A stretch of DNA of 64,000 nt from Octopus bimaculoides (GCF_001194135.2 NC_068984.1:98035419-98099418); one strand, 5' to 3'; shown: positions 1 through 13,313, counted from the stretch's first letter. Notes: generated by a model from the letters alone, not told the origin. Made by a program: numbers and translations.

Positions 1-231
1 GTGGAAGTGGTGTATGTAGTTTGGCATTGGTTACGAGTTATTTTTTTCATTTTTTACTTTTTTGTAAAAAAACATTTTCATTCTCCCTCTTCTTGAAAAT
101 TTGCCATGCAATGAAAGCCGGTTAGAAGTCTATATAAAAATATGCTTTCAGTTTAGCATTCTGCCCTATTATTATTTTCTTATTATTTATCCACGTGTGG
201 TTAACACAACCCCACTATTTACTGACTTATA

Positions 232-318
<87 letters not shown>

Positions 319-394
319 GCTATCCATGATTGTTTTTGGGAGCTGAAAAGTTTGGTATGTAAAAGATTCTTGTATAAAATTATGATGGAGTATT

Positions 395-429
<35 letters not shown>

Positions 430-504
430 TATCTCTGATTGTTCTTGAGAACTGAAAAGTGAAGCCCCATCCCCAGGTTCAAAATTATATAACATCTTGA
501 GAAA

Positions 505-950
505 CTGTACTCTGAGCATCAGGACCAAGATCTGTCTACTCTATGTTAATATATGGAAGTGAGACTAGTCTACATCAGAAATGAGAAGGTGCTTGGAGAG
601 CTGTGATGTGTGGCTCTTAAAAAGAATATTGAGGAAAACATGGACAAAGTATCTAATGAAGAAGTGCATGACCCGGGCTGCAGCAAATAGGAAACTACTT
701 TGTGAAATAAGAACCAAGCAACTGAGATTTCTTGGTCATGTGATGAGGAAATAAGGCCTGGAAAATCTTAGCAATGACCAGAAAGATTGAAGGGAAAAGG
801 AGCAGAGGAAGGAGAAGGGTGATATAGATGTCAAGCTTGACAAAATGGTTAGAAGGGAAAAAAGCATTAAACATCAGGAGGTGGAACTGTTATAAAAAAC
901 AAATGACAGAGAATTGTGACAGGACATGATTGCCTATGTCCTATATTTTG
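505..950 (+). mobile_element. 5'-truncated, decayed RTE/BovB-like LINE 3' end
   Basis: Frameshifted motifs YGSET (about 552), LRFLGHVMRK (about 723) and KIEGKRSRGRRR (about 783), followed by a (GAA)n tail. Confidence 0.8.
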
Positions 951-961
951 TTGTTGTTGGA

Positions 962-1171
962 GAAGAAGAAGAAGAAGAAGAAGAAGAAGAAGAAGAAGAA
1001 GAAGAAGAAGAAGAAGAAGAAGAAGAAGAAGAAGAAGAAGAAGAAGAAGAAGAAGAAGAAGAAGAAGAAGAAGAAGAAGAAGAAGAAGAAGAAGAAGAAG
1101 AAGAAGAAGAAGAAGAAGAAGAAGAAGAAGAAGAAGAAGAAGAAGAAGAAGAAGAAGAAGAAGAAGAAGAA
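962..1171 (+). repeat. Uninterrupted (GAA)70 microsatellite, probably the expanded tail of the RTE
   Basis: 210 nt of pure GAA; it produces the spurious poly-E/K/R/L ORFs in the track. Confidence 0.97.
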
Positions 1172-3395
1172 GGAACATCTTAAAACAGCCAGGTTTGGAA
1201 ACAGAGAACCAGAAGGATTAGATAAGTTGACTTTATAAGAAATACTTTGTAAGAAATTATATAGAAATAGGATAAAACATATTGACTTATTTCAGATGCT
1301 TACATTAAGTTTCATAGATTCTGGTAAAAAACAAAACAAAAACAAAAACAGAAAAAAAAACATATAGTGCATGNNNNNNNNNNTGGTAAAAAAAAAAAAA
1401 AAGACATAAAAAAAACAAGTTTAAATGTGAGAAAAGCATCATAACATAATTATAGTTCATAATTTGTAAATAAATTGTTCTGGTTATTAACTGAATTACA
1501 TAGTGATGTGGATACAGTAGAAGTTTGAGTTAAGTCATCACCAAGATGAATCTGCAACCTACTTTCAGTTTCAAGCTGAATCTCTTTACACATAACTTCC
1601 ATTAGTAATGTTTCTAAGAAGAATGTGAATAACCTAAAATTTCACTTCTCTTAAAATTTGTGGCCATAGAACAGTTTAATTATTTTATAATCAAATAGTC
1701 GGTACCTTACAGAGACCATGAATTATTTAAAAAAATCTGTTGGAAATCTAAAAAAAAAAAAATTCCTTTACCAACAATAGATAAACATAACTGTATAAAT
1801 ATAATATTAATTCATAAAACTGAAAATTAAAATATGAAACAAGACTTTTTAGATTAAATATTGGTCTACAAAATGAATATCAGTATCAATTCCATAATAT
1901 CAAAAGAACCCCACCCCACAAAAAATGAAAAAACCAAGAAAAACAATAACAACCACAATTGAAGTGTCAATTAAAAATTTTTCCTACAGGAAGTCACTAA
2001 ATGGGAATATTATTTCTTTTGTTAAAATGCAAGAAGTTTCCTACCAACAAAAGAATTTTTTAGATTCTTTAAAAAATGGGGTCCATTTGAAAATTATGAG
2101 AACATTAAAGAAACAAAAGTATGATTAGGGAATTATAAAAGGATTTTTGGAACCCTTTTATAACCATGTCTCTAACAATAATAAACAACTAATGTTTCAA
2201 TTAATCCTTTAAATAATCAAATATCTTTAGAAAAATCAGTAAAATAACTTTTACTTATTACAATTTTAAGCTGATATTTTATGTAAAACTATAATGGATC
2301 CTGTTATCATTGATGTAATAACAAGAGGTCAGTTGATATTTGAATTTAAATAAGATAACTTGAATGTGGACAGTTTTAAATAGGTTAGTCACAAGAGATC
2401 AAATATAGTGCTGCTTAGGTTAGATAAAAACAAGATAAAATAAAAAATGTAAAACTCAATGCATTAGTTTACATTATTATATTACCTAGCAGCATTAACT
2501 AGGTTTCACTGCACCCATGACAAATTAATGAATGGCATTCCTAAACCTGACTGTTCTTTACAATTACAGCTTAATCTTGTTATGGCACTCAAATTTGTTA
2601 TGCAATAATATTCCTACTATATTTTAAAGAAGTTCATTTTTTTTTTTTTATGCCAGATGAAAAGCAGCTTTACACACACACACACACACTATAACAGACT
2701 ATAAATAAAACAATTATTAATACATTGAGATTAATATTTATTGAAATGAAATTACTCTAATTAGTGTGTGACCCATTGTTTTATACTTGAAATAGGTAAT
2801 ACTTTACTTCATTGAATAAGCAAGAAAGAATGAAGTAAAAAAAAAAGGTAAGACAATACTGAAATAAAAGAAGCATTTAATATAACAAAATATATAAATT
2901 TTTAACCTCATCTACTTTCACAGAGTACATTGCATTCATCAGATGAATTGTCTCTACAGAGTGAATTTAATACATGAAACAGATGAGGAATATAAAAATG
3001 ACTAAAAAAATCATAATCATTCANNNNNNNNNNNNNNNNNNNNNNNNNNNNNNNNNNNNNNNNNNNNNNNNNNNNNNNNNNNNNNNNNNNNNNNNNNNNN
3101 NNAACACTGGAAGAAAAAATATGAACATTCATTTTGTCTGTCCCATCTCTCTCTCTCTCTCACAGCCTTTCTCTCTCTAGTGACACACACATATATACAT
3201 AGATAAATACAAGTAATTTCTTAACGTGATAGTTAAAAATATTTAGTTAAGATATAATTATAAATTATAAGATATAACTTCTATTTAAAAACTAGAAATT
3301 TCAAATTTTCAAGAGGAATGGGGACAAAATAGAGATTTATATTTTTGTTCTGTCTTTAACAATAGTGTTGAGAAATACATACGTCTGTGTACATA

Positions 3396-4667
3396 TTGGG
3401 TCATCTTATAAATAGTGTTTTTTTCAATTGCATGAACTAAAAGTCAGAGTAGGACGGGATAAACTACCTGCATCAACTTGCTATAAAAGCAGGTTGTAAT
3501 TTTACCTTGTTCTATTCTTAGTGCAAGTTTTGAAAAGCGCAGTTAATTTTAACAGTTATTTTTTCAAAGATATAATGGAAGTGACAAAGGAGTATATTTG
3601 GCATACTTTGCTTTATGAGTTCAATAAAAGCAACAATGCAACAAAAAGTGCGAGAAATATTAATGCAGTATATGGGGATTGGACAATAAGTGTAAGCCAG
3701 CGTCAACAGTGGTTCCAGAAATTCCAAGCCAGAAACTACAGCTTAGAAACAAGCTCCATCCTGGAAGATCTGTAGCGCTCGATGAGGAAGTCCTGCAAAC
3801 CCTGGTGGAACAAAATCCCATCACAACTGTTGAGGAACTAGCAGAAAAGCTTGGTCATTCAAGCATTCATCAACATCTGCATGCCATCGGAAAAGTCAGC
3901 AAATTGGGTCAATGGGTTCCTCACAAACTTTCCAAGTCTAATTGTGTGCAGAGAGTGAATGTGTACTCTTCTTTGCTATCACATCTCATGAATGAATCTT
4001 TTTTGGACTGAATAGTGACTGGTGACGAAAATAGGCTCTCTATAAAAATGTCAAGTGCCAAAGACTGTGGGTAAGGAAAGGAGAAACACCAGCACCCCAG
4101 GCTAAAGAAAGTTTTCATCCACATAAGGTGTTGTTATCTGTTTGGTGGGATATGAAAGGTTTAGTCCACTTTGAACTTTTAAATCCAAACCAAACAATAA
4201 CAAAGGAGATCTACTGCAAGTAGCTTGAGCAGCCTAAGTCAGCGCCAGAAGAAAAACAACCATCTTTGGTTTTTCAAGACAAAATGTGTTCTTCCATCAG
4301 GATAATGCTCGGCCACATACAGCAAGGATGACATTCCAAATGTTGGAGCAGTTTAAATGGGAAACAATGCCCCACCCACCATATTCGCTAGACATTGCCC
4401 TATCTAATTATTATTTATTCCGTAGTCTTCAAAATAATTTGCACTGTAAAAACATGAATTCTGTAGACAAGGTCAGAGCAGTACTGGAGGAGTATTTTTC
4501 ATCATGGACAAGTAAATTTTGGAAGTGGGGCCTTGCAAATCTACCAGATAGATGGAAGAGCATTGTAGAAGATGAAGGCAAGTATATTTTAGATTTAAAG
4601 AAAGACTTTATCTTAATTTTTAAAAAATAAAAGTATAAAAAAATGCATTATTTATGGGACAACCCAA
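3396..4667 (+). mobile_element. Full-length but inactivated mariner (DD34D-type) transposon
   Basis: TA flanks at 3394-3395 and 4668-4669. TIRs TTGGGTCATCTTATAAATAGTG.. and rc TTGGGTTGTCCCATAAATAATG.. (21/28 identical). Broken transposase from ATG 3575 to about 4600 with WVPHKL, IVTGDE, HQDNARPHT and YSLDIALSNYYLF (decayed YSPDxAPSDYxLF). Confidence 0.95.
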
Positions 4668-5178
4668 TACATACATATAGAGACAAAGAGAGAGAGCGAG
4701 GGGTAGCTATGAACCAAACCAGAAGTTACTTACAAATTTCACAAAAATTCTAATGATTATTCGGGGTTTTAAAAGTAATGCCTTATTTGAACCTGTTTTC
4801 GGTTATTTTTATGAATAATCTTGAATTTCATTTGAAAATTTTTCTTTTAGTTTTGACAATGCAAATCAATAACAGCATTAAAATTATTAGAGCTTTCAGT
4901 TTCTTCCTGTCCAATAAACAAACAATGTAAAGTTAACAGTCTTTCACTCACAAAACAAAGTCAATCTGAGGCTATAGTTACTTTTGTTACATTAATGCAT
5001 TATATGCCATGTAATTCTAATCGGGTGATACTTCAATTGTTAACTTTTACAGTTGATTTATTTTTTCTAACTACCTACAAAGAATAACTTACCTTTTTAC
5101 TCAACCTGTTAGAGACAGAGGGAGACACAAAAAGTTTATTAATACACTAAAGACTACAAGATATATTCTACTAATTCA

Positions 5179-6570
5179 TCTATATATATAAAAATGAGAA
5201 TGGGTGTCTGTCCGTCTATCTGTCTGTCTGTGTGAATCCCTAAAACTCGAGAACTACACAACCAATTTCATTCAAATTTTACACATGCCTTACTTAGGGT
5301 TCCAGTTGTGTTTTAGTCAAAAAAAATTATTAACTTCTTGCAGAGTTCGAGCACACGGCAACATAATATCTCCTCCACTATTTAAGTATTACGTGTCAAA
5401 AGTGAAACAAAAACACTCATGTCAAATACTTTCACTTTAAAAATGAAACTATTCCACTAACTGAAACAATCACATTTCGATACTGTAGTGACAGATACTT
5501 TCACAGAGAGAGAAAGAGAGAGACAGAAAGAGAGAGAGAGAGAGATGTATATGTATACNNNNNNNNNNNNNNNNNNNNNNNNNNNNNNNNNNNNNNNNNN
5601 NNNNNNNNNNNNNNNNNNNNNNNNNNNNNNNNNNNNNNNNNNNNNNNNNNNNNNNNNNNNNNNNNNNNNNNNNNNNNNNNNNNNNNNNNNNNNNNNNNNN
5701 NNNNNNNNNNNNNNNNNNNNNNNNNNNNNNNNNNNNNNNNNNNNNNNNNNNNNNNNNNNNNNNNNNNNNNNNNNNNNNNNNNNNNNNNNNNNNNNNNNNN
5801 NNNNNNNNNNNNNNNNNNNNNNNNNNNNNNNNNNNNNNNNNNNNNNNNNNNNNNNNNNNNNNNNNNNNNNNNNNNNNNNNNNNNNNNNNNNNNNNNNNNN
5901 NNNNNNNNNNNNNNNNNNNNNNNNNNNNNNNNNNNNNNNNNNNNNNNNNNNNNNNNNNNNNNNNNNNNNNNNNNNNNNNNNNNNNNNNNNNNNNNNNNNN
6001 NNNNNNNNNNNNNNNNNNNNNNNNNNNNNNNNNNNNNNNNNNNNNNNNNNNNNNNNNNNNNNNNNNNNNNNNNNNNNNNNNNNNNNNNNNNNNNNNNNNN
6101 NNNNNNNNNNNNNNNNNNNNNNNNNNNNNNNNNNNNNNNNNNNNNNNNNNNNNNNNNNNNNNNNNNNNNNNNNNNNNNNNNNNNNNNNNNNNNNNNNNNN
6201 NNNNNNNNNNAGTCTGTAGCTGGTCTTCTCTTGGAAGAGCCCTGCTTCTCACATGGACAACTGTATGTTGGCTGCTCAAGAGTGGGCAGCAACAAAAAAC
6301 CTATTTGTATATGCTCCACAAGGGAAAACAAGGAACATAGTTTACAATGAGGTGTTATAATCACAACAGCAAGAAAGTATGTACATGATCACCTTCTTTT
6401 ACGAAACTTCATTGACTTTCATATATTTATATTGATATACATATATATACGTGTGTTTGGGTGCGTGTGTGTATATACATCTCTATATATAAAGATGATG
6501 CGTAGTCTAGACGGCGTTTTTAGATTTCAGTATTCTCTTTAACCCGGGCAACGCCGGGTATTTCTGCTAG
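5179..6570 (+). mobile_element. Helitron with both termini and a Rep/Helicase C-terminal remnant; interior lost in a gap
   Basis: 5' end A|TCTATATATATAAAAATG at 5179 followed by (GTCT)n. After the gap, 6213-6360 reads SVAGLLLEEPCFSHGQLYVGCSRVGS / NLFVYAPQGKTRNIVYNEVL* (PIF1-like Helitron helicase end, one frameshift). 3' GC-rich hairpin-like CCCGGGCAACGCCGGG, then CTAG|T at 6567-6571. Confidence 0.9.
5559..6210. other. Assembly gap (652 N); other gaps at 1374-1383, 3024-3102, 16777-16881 and 36087-36426
   Basis: Runs of N, mostly flanked by microsatellites. Confidence 1.
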
Positions 6571-6782
6571 TATATTATATAATAAGCCATGGATTAAATA
6601 GTATATAATAATTTGTTTTTTACAATACTTATTAACAAGTATACTGAGAATAACAAAGGAAGGGATTAAAGAAATCAACTTTATATCCTTTTTTCGGTCT
6701 ATGTTAATGTATCATGCTACCAAAACAAATGTTTCATAGTAACAGTTCAAAATTTTACAGAAGTAAAATGATTACATTTTAA

Positions 6783-6997
6783 CCCTTTCATTACCAACTT
6801 GGCTGAAACTGGCTCTGTAGTACAAATGTCTTGTTTTCATAAGTTTTGAATTAAAATCTTCCACCAAACCGTAGTCACAATTTATGTTCCTAACACTAAC
6901 TTAATGATAACTAAGTTATTTTACTTAATTCTTTGTTATATTTAAAATAATTGAAAGAAACACAGAACATCTCAAAATAAATATGGTAACGAAAGGG
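6783..6997. mobile_element. TTAA-flanked MITE (piggyBac-type termini)
   Basis: TTAA at 6779-6782 and 6998-7001. TIR CCCTTTCATTACC versus rc CCCTTTCGTTACC (12/13). Confidence 0.85.
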
Positions 6998-7870
6998 TTA
7001 AAGTAACCTTTCATGGGGATTTAAAACTGGATGGACAATATGGTTCACCACACCAAAAATACTCAGTTAATGTCAAAAGAAGACAATGACTATAATGTAA
7101 ACTACTAGTAGTTGTGCTTTGCAGCCATCTCCTTTAGCAGAAACATTGAAGCTACAATAATTGATATCTGCTTCAGAGAAATCCCAGACTTGAAATTTAT
7201 ATTTAGTACAGTTTCTACATTATAAATGATGTAAAAATATACTTTTCTTTGAAGAGAATATACAATAATTAATTGAATGTTACTACAAGTGGACTATAAT
7301 TTTTTCAACATACTCTTGTAGACCCATCAACTAAACTGCTAAATGTGCAGGCTCATTGTCCCTAGTGAAGTATTTGAAGAGACAAAGATTATTAAATATA
7401 AAGTATCATTGGATGAGTATATATCGATATCCTTGATTACAATATAATACTCTATAATAACGTTGATTGATAGCAATGAATACATACATTTCAATACAAG
7501 TTAGATATGATAATGTATTACATCTCTACTATAGCAGTTTAGGTCCTATAATAACTCTTTGGAAAAAAAAACAAAAAAAACATCAAAAACACATGAGAAA
7601 AACCACTGATTAAAAATAGTCTTTGTAAAGCTATTGGCTTTTATTTATTTCCATAGAACTTATTAGACTAAATAAAAATAAAGTCCACTAGTTCAATTCC
7701 CCACAGCTTTTGCAGACAAATGATGATGATATGGTTGATGCGAAAGGTGTATTTTGGTAGGTTGATTCAAGAAGATGAATTATAGGCAGAGGATTTCTCA
7801 GGAACTGTACTTTTGGGAGAAAAGATTGGTGAAATGTTTAATAGAAATTTTGGTGGAAGAGATGCATTAA

Positions 7871-8088
7871 CCCGTTAGTTACTATATTTCTGTGGAAATA
7901 CATTGTCTTTGATTCAATTTATTTTGAAAATAATGAAGAATTTAGCAAAATAACTTTGTCGTTATTAAATAAGTATTTCATATATAAATTAAAATGAAAT
8001 TTTGACAGGTTTTAATTAAGATCATTATGAAACATGAAGCTTGTAACAGAGAACTAAGAGCAGTCTCAGGCAGTTAGTATCAAAAAAG
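7871..8088. mobile_element. Degenerate TTAA-flanked MITE
   Basis: TTAA|CCC at the left end, TTAA at 8089-8092. The internal sequence resembles a fragment at about 17420-17540. Confidence 0.55.
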
Positions 8089-8430
8089 TTAAAACCAAAA
8101 AGAGGTAGATTTGTTGGCTGACTTAAGCAAGGATATTACAATGCTTACTAGTTCAGAGGAACAAGAAATGTCATAGTAGCAATGAGTAGCTGACAATGTT
8201 TGTATGTATAACAGCTGCATATGTGAAAAACAGTTGAAGTTAGTTCTGAAGAAGATGTTTCTTCTTTTGAATATTGTATTATCAATGTTATAGATGTGTA
8301 GTTGTTATAACATCTCCTAAGAAATTGTGAGGTCTAGCATGTAAAAGTATCAAAAACATTTTTTTTAATCTTCAATCACTCTTGATCAACACCCACAACA
8401 GCACTGAGGTATTCAGAGGTCATAGTTTCG

Positions 8431-8522
<92 letters not shown>

Positions 8523-10529
8523 ATAAGAAAATGGAGAGGATCAGTAGGTGGTATTAATTCATTTAAAATGAATAATGTAACTATTTAAATTATGAATGGC
8601 AGTTGAGGTAAACAAGACACATTGACCTAATGATTATGCCCTAGACAAGAAGGTAGCATACATTAACTACATGTGTACTGTAAACACGAGAAGTACTAAA
8701 TATCTGTAGATTACAATTTGTACTGTACTGTATATTTGTAGACTGAACATAAGTAATGCACACCTGTGGCTGACTACAATTGGTGCCCTCAACAACTGAT
8801 TACACTAGGCGGTGAAATGTGATGGAGATTAGTATGCCATGCAGTACATTGTATACTATAGTGTGTATTGTACACCTGTGATCATAGACTATAGTGTGTT
8901 GTGAACCTGTGGTAATAGACTATGGCGTGTAGTGTAATGTATTCCTGTAGTTAGTAGACTAGAGTGTGCAGTATGCAACTGTGACTAAAGGATTGCATGC
9001 ATACTCCTGGCTGGCTATAAAACAGTGGCAAGAGTAATTTCCTGCTATATGTAAGAGATGATCAGTAGAGCAGTAGGGAGTCTGATACTGTCTGGCTGTG
9101 AACATATGGAAATAGAACATCAGAATCTTCTGGATAGAAATCAGAAGAGTAGCATCTGCTGGATGATTAATCTGGATAGAAGATTGTTGTTGTAAGGTGT
9201 TAGTAGTGGGTGGAAGAAACTAGGATAAAAAATAAGTAGTTGATGCTGACCTCTGAGAGAAAGATGGATATAGCTATGGATAGAAGAGTGCGTGCGTGCG
9301 TGCGTGTGTAAAGCTGTCTTATTCATGCATCTATTACAAAAATAAATTAAAAGGTAAAAAGAGGGGAGGAAAAATGAGAAAAGCATAATGAAATTTAATT
9401 GGGAACACAGTATCATTTATAGAATTGTCATTAACTGTTTTACATGTATGGTATTTAGGATATTGTAAGAACATTATAATGATGAAATTATATTAGTCAG
9501 ATTACCATTACCAATGTACTGATGATCAACTATTGGAATTTCCTGTTTTACTGAAGAAGCAGAAAAAAAAAGAGAGAAAAATCTGTAGGGTTTTTTAAAA
9601 AAATCGCTAATAATTAAAGTGTATATTTAATTAGGTTACATTGCAAAACAACACACTATATTGGATATGAAAATAAGATGTTAATGATCAAAGATCAAAT
9701 AAAAAAATGTTAAAGGCCAAGTATAAAATGAAAAAAAATAAGCTTATTATATAATAGCTTCATTTATTCTAAGGTAAAATTTACTAACAAGAATTGTGCT
9801 GAACAATAATCTTCTTTCCCTAGTTTCTGTCTTTAGACAGCAACCAGGGTGGGATTTCAACTTAGCATTTAAAAATCCATAACAAAACCCATAGCAGATT
9901 CACAACATTAGGGCAGGAGGTAATAAAAAAGAGATTTCTCATAGATGGCAGAACAGTTAGAGCATGAGACAAAATGCCTTCAGATTTTTAATGATATCAC
10001 TTTATGTTCTGATTTTAAATCTCACCAAAGTCACTATTGCTTTTCATGATAAAATAAAGAACTCAGGTACTAGGGGCTTATGTTAAACAGACTATATCTC
10101 TGAAGATGGTGTCTGTCATATTCCCAAGACTAAAACCAGAAGAAAAAAAAATTGATAATAAAAATACAGACATAATATTCCAATGATTCCAGCATCTACT
10201 TCCATTCTATTGTATTAGTGCAAAGAAGAAAGGTTGAACTTGGCAGAGATAATATCAAAGAGAAAAACAAAAAAAAAAACAACATCCCAAAAATAGTGAT
10301 GGACATTGAAGACTGACTAACACACCCACCCAACAGAGTATAGAAATGGCAGATGTCGCCATGTGGTTAAAAAGCTAGCTTTTGCAAATATCTGGTTTCA
10401 GGTTCAATCTCAATGCACAACACCTTGAAACTATGTGGAAGCCTTTTAGTAGACTGTTTCTGTCCTTAGAGAACAGACTTAATCCATTATTTGCTGTATC
10501 ATCACAAAATGGGCCTTGGGTGTATTTAA

Positions 10530-10737
10530 CCCTTTAGCATTCAGATTATTCTGTCAAATGTAATGCTTATCTATTTACATTGTTTTGAATTTATCCTGCA
10601 TTATCTCATAACCTTGAGATTTTGATTATGTGGCTGAATATATTTTAGACAAACAATGTAGGGTAGGTGTGAAAGGCAGGATCTGGCCAGTTTGAACATA
10701 AAACAGGTAGAGTATGGCCAGTTTAAATGCTAAAGGG
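10530..10737. mobile_element. TTAA-flanked MITE, family with CCCTTTAGCATT termini
   Basis: TTAA at 10526-10529 and 10738-10741; termini CCCTTTAGCATT / AATGCTAAAGGG. Related copies at 15089-15301, 17611-17780 (inverted), 41658-41830 and about 54440-54670. Confidence 0.9.
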
Positions 10738-11189
10738 TTAAAAGATTCTGCTCTGTTGCAAGTACTGGGTCAAGATCTCTAGTTGAGGCTAACCTACCTC
10801 CCATCACATTGCGGAACCTCTAAACATATATGGATATGATCTTCCTTTTATTAAGCTATATATAAAAAATAATCAAAAACAAAGTGGTAAAAATGATGTA
10901 TGTCTGGTCATTTTACTTGGGATTACAGTAAAGTCCTGAAAGTTATAACAGCAGCCAATGAAAGATTGGATTTTGAATTTCATTATATTTCACTGAGTAA
11001 TAAATAATGTGTTGTTTTAAAGGAAAAGCTTAATTAAAAGGAAGTAATAACACAAATGATATGAGCATATAAGCTGATGCAGTATTTGCAGGAACAGTTT
11101 TTGTTATTGCTCAATGGTTTCAACTGCAATAATAGAATTAGGCAACCTTTTGCAAGAAGAAACTGCTAAGTCTCAAATGAAATGTGAGA

Positions 11190-11275
<86 letters not shown>

Positions 11276-13233
11276 AATTTTAATACAGAATGACTCTTGG
11301 TATATAAAACCCAATCAGATCAGTTGAGACAGGTCTCTTCAATGAAAATATAAATGTCACATCCCTTGATCCATGCGACTCTACTGGGTTGGGGGTGCTA
11401 TGCAAAGTAGTAAATGAAAAGTATCAACAACTAATTAAGTAGAATGAATCATGTGATTCGATTGTTGCCAAGCAACTATTGACAGTTCAATAAGTATGAG
11501 TTCATGTAGAAAGTGTCATTAGATAAGTATGAGTAACCTCATAAGAACCAAATAGATATAATAACAAAATCAATATATTCCAGGGTGTTAGTAGTTTCCG
11601 GTAAAGGCCAATAAATTGTCATTATAAAGTAATCGAGAAAGAAAACTGAAACATTATTGTAGGCTTAAAAAGGACACCCCAATTCTTAATTGGTGAGTAA
11701 AGCTTACATTTAATGACATGTTGAAAAAAGAGCTGAAATTTAATATTAAATGTTAATGAAGGAAATGTCTTAAAATGTCATATCTACTTTTACTTTTCCT
11801 CCCAGTTTGCTAAATTTCTTTTTAATTAAGTTTTTTGAAACATGCCTAGAATACCAGACCTACAAAGCAAGTGAAAAGGCTTATAAATGAAACTGAAATT
11901 GAATGTTTGGTAAATAAATTTTGATTCTTAAGTTTTACAACAGAGATCTATAGATCTAAGATATCCAGGATAGCAACTAAAGGTCAACAGGAATAATAAT
12001 TTCAAGTTTATATACACAGTCTGAAACTTTGAGAGGAGGTTTAGTTGATTATATTGACTCCACTGCTTTGAGTGTAGTTTGCATCAACTTGAAAGGATAA
12101 AAGGTAAAATTGATTGCAAGAACTGGAACATATAACACTAATCACTTTTCTGATGCTCTAACAATTTTGAGGAGAGAGGTTAGTCAAAACTATTCACCTC
12201 AGTAATTAATTGGTGCTTTTATTTTACCAACCCCAAACGGATAAGAGGTAAAGTTGATCTGGGTGAGATTTGACTTTTGGATGTAAAGAGCAGGAACAAA
12301 CACTTGAAGGCATTTTATCCAACATTCTAACAATTCTGCCAAATAATAAAGCATTAAATTTATTCTTCTGAAGAAAGAAATAGAGCCTTAAAGCTTAGTA
12401 TAAATACTAAACTGTAATATTAATGAAGGCAACTGCATCAATGGACACCTATCTATACACACATACACACAACATTATTTTGGATTAAAAAATGAAGGAT
12501 TCCCCAATTATATATAACTTGCTTACTATGAAGTTTCAATGAAGTCAAATTCTACTTGCTAGAAATTGTAACCATAATCTCTCTCAATTTTTACTCTATT
12601 GTTTTAAGGAGGAAGAATGTATTGCACAATGATGTTATGGACATACAAAAGTATGGAATGGATGACATTCTTCACAGGACAGCCCGATGAGGCCTGACCT
12701 CAGGAAAAAGAATAGCTCGTTAAAATTTGGAACACAAAACTTTGCGTGATTAAAGACATTTCATACATTTTAAAACTGGACCATGAAATATTATCTTATA
12801 TAATGGACACGGTAGTTTAAAGTATAGAGAGAAAATAAAAAAACAACAAAATCAGCAACAAGTAAGAAAAACTGACTTTGTCATGTACGTTAATTTTTAA
12901 AAAAACATATCAATGCAGGTTGTGAAATGCAAAGTGTTTGAAAGAATTCTTGTAAGTGTTTGTTTTAATTTCAACCACTATCTGTTCTTGATAAAGTCAC
13001 TGAAAAATTTACTTCCTGGTGGGCTGGTTTCCTCTCCATCTAAGCCTTTACTTTCAGATGCTCACAAACACTCCAGCCAATTAGTCTAAAAGTATTTAAA
13101 ACATCAACTCAACACATCCTATTCTTTTCTTATTTTTAATTTTCAAGTTGATTTTTTTCCTTTTTTAAATTAATCTGACACAATTACAATGTCACCATTA
13201 TTTATTTTTTAGGTATTTTCCTCATTCATAAAG

Positions 13234-13313
13234 CATTCACAGATTTTACTGCAAGACATCCCACTAAATTCATCATTCACAGATTTTACTGCAAGACATC
13301 CCACTAAATTCAT
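13234..13313. repeat. Perfect 40-bp tandem duplication
   Basis: CATTCACAGATTTTACTGCAAGACATCCCACTAAATTCAT twice, no mismatches. Confidence 0.95.

Noticed and set aside
867-1238. Poly-L/R/E/K ORFs
   Set aside because: Translations of the (GAA)70 tract in several frames; no coding evidence.
1711-1747. Minus-strand mini-exon starting DFQ, as in HECW1 SDFQAMGLKK
   Set aside because: Similarity stops after three residues and the intervening exons are missing.
5470-6364. Long ORFs of 243-287 aa (also 35904-36485)
   Set aside because: Their length comes from N runs. Only the Helitron and RTE segments beside the gaps are meaningful.
7340-7400. Minus-strand LCLFKYF resembling HECW ICFKYY
   Set aside because: The flanking residues do not match, a stop follows soon after, and there are no suitable splice sites.
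9512-9550. 39-nt phase 1-1 candidate exon (VKQEIPIVDHQYI) with a strong acceptor
   Set aside because: Mediocre donor (TTG|GTAATG) and no similarity to the HECW domain it would interrupt; such sites are common in AT-rich DNA.
12683-12712. CCGATGA..GAAA hammerhead-like string
   Set aside because: Lacks CUGA, the G-C closing pair of stem II, and stems I/III.
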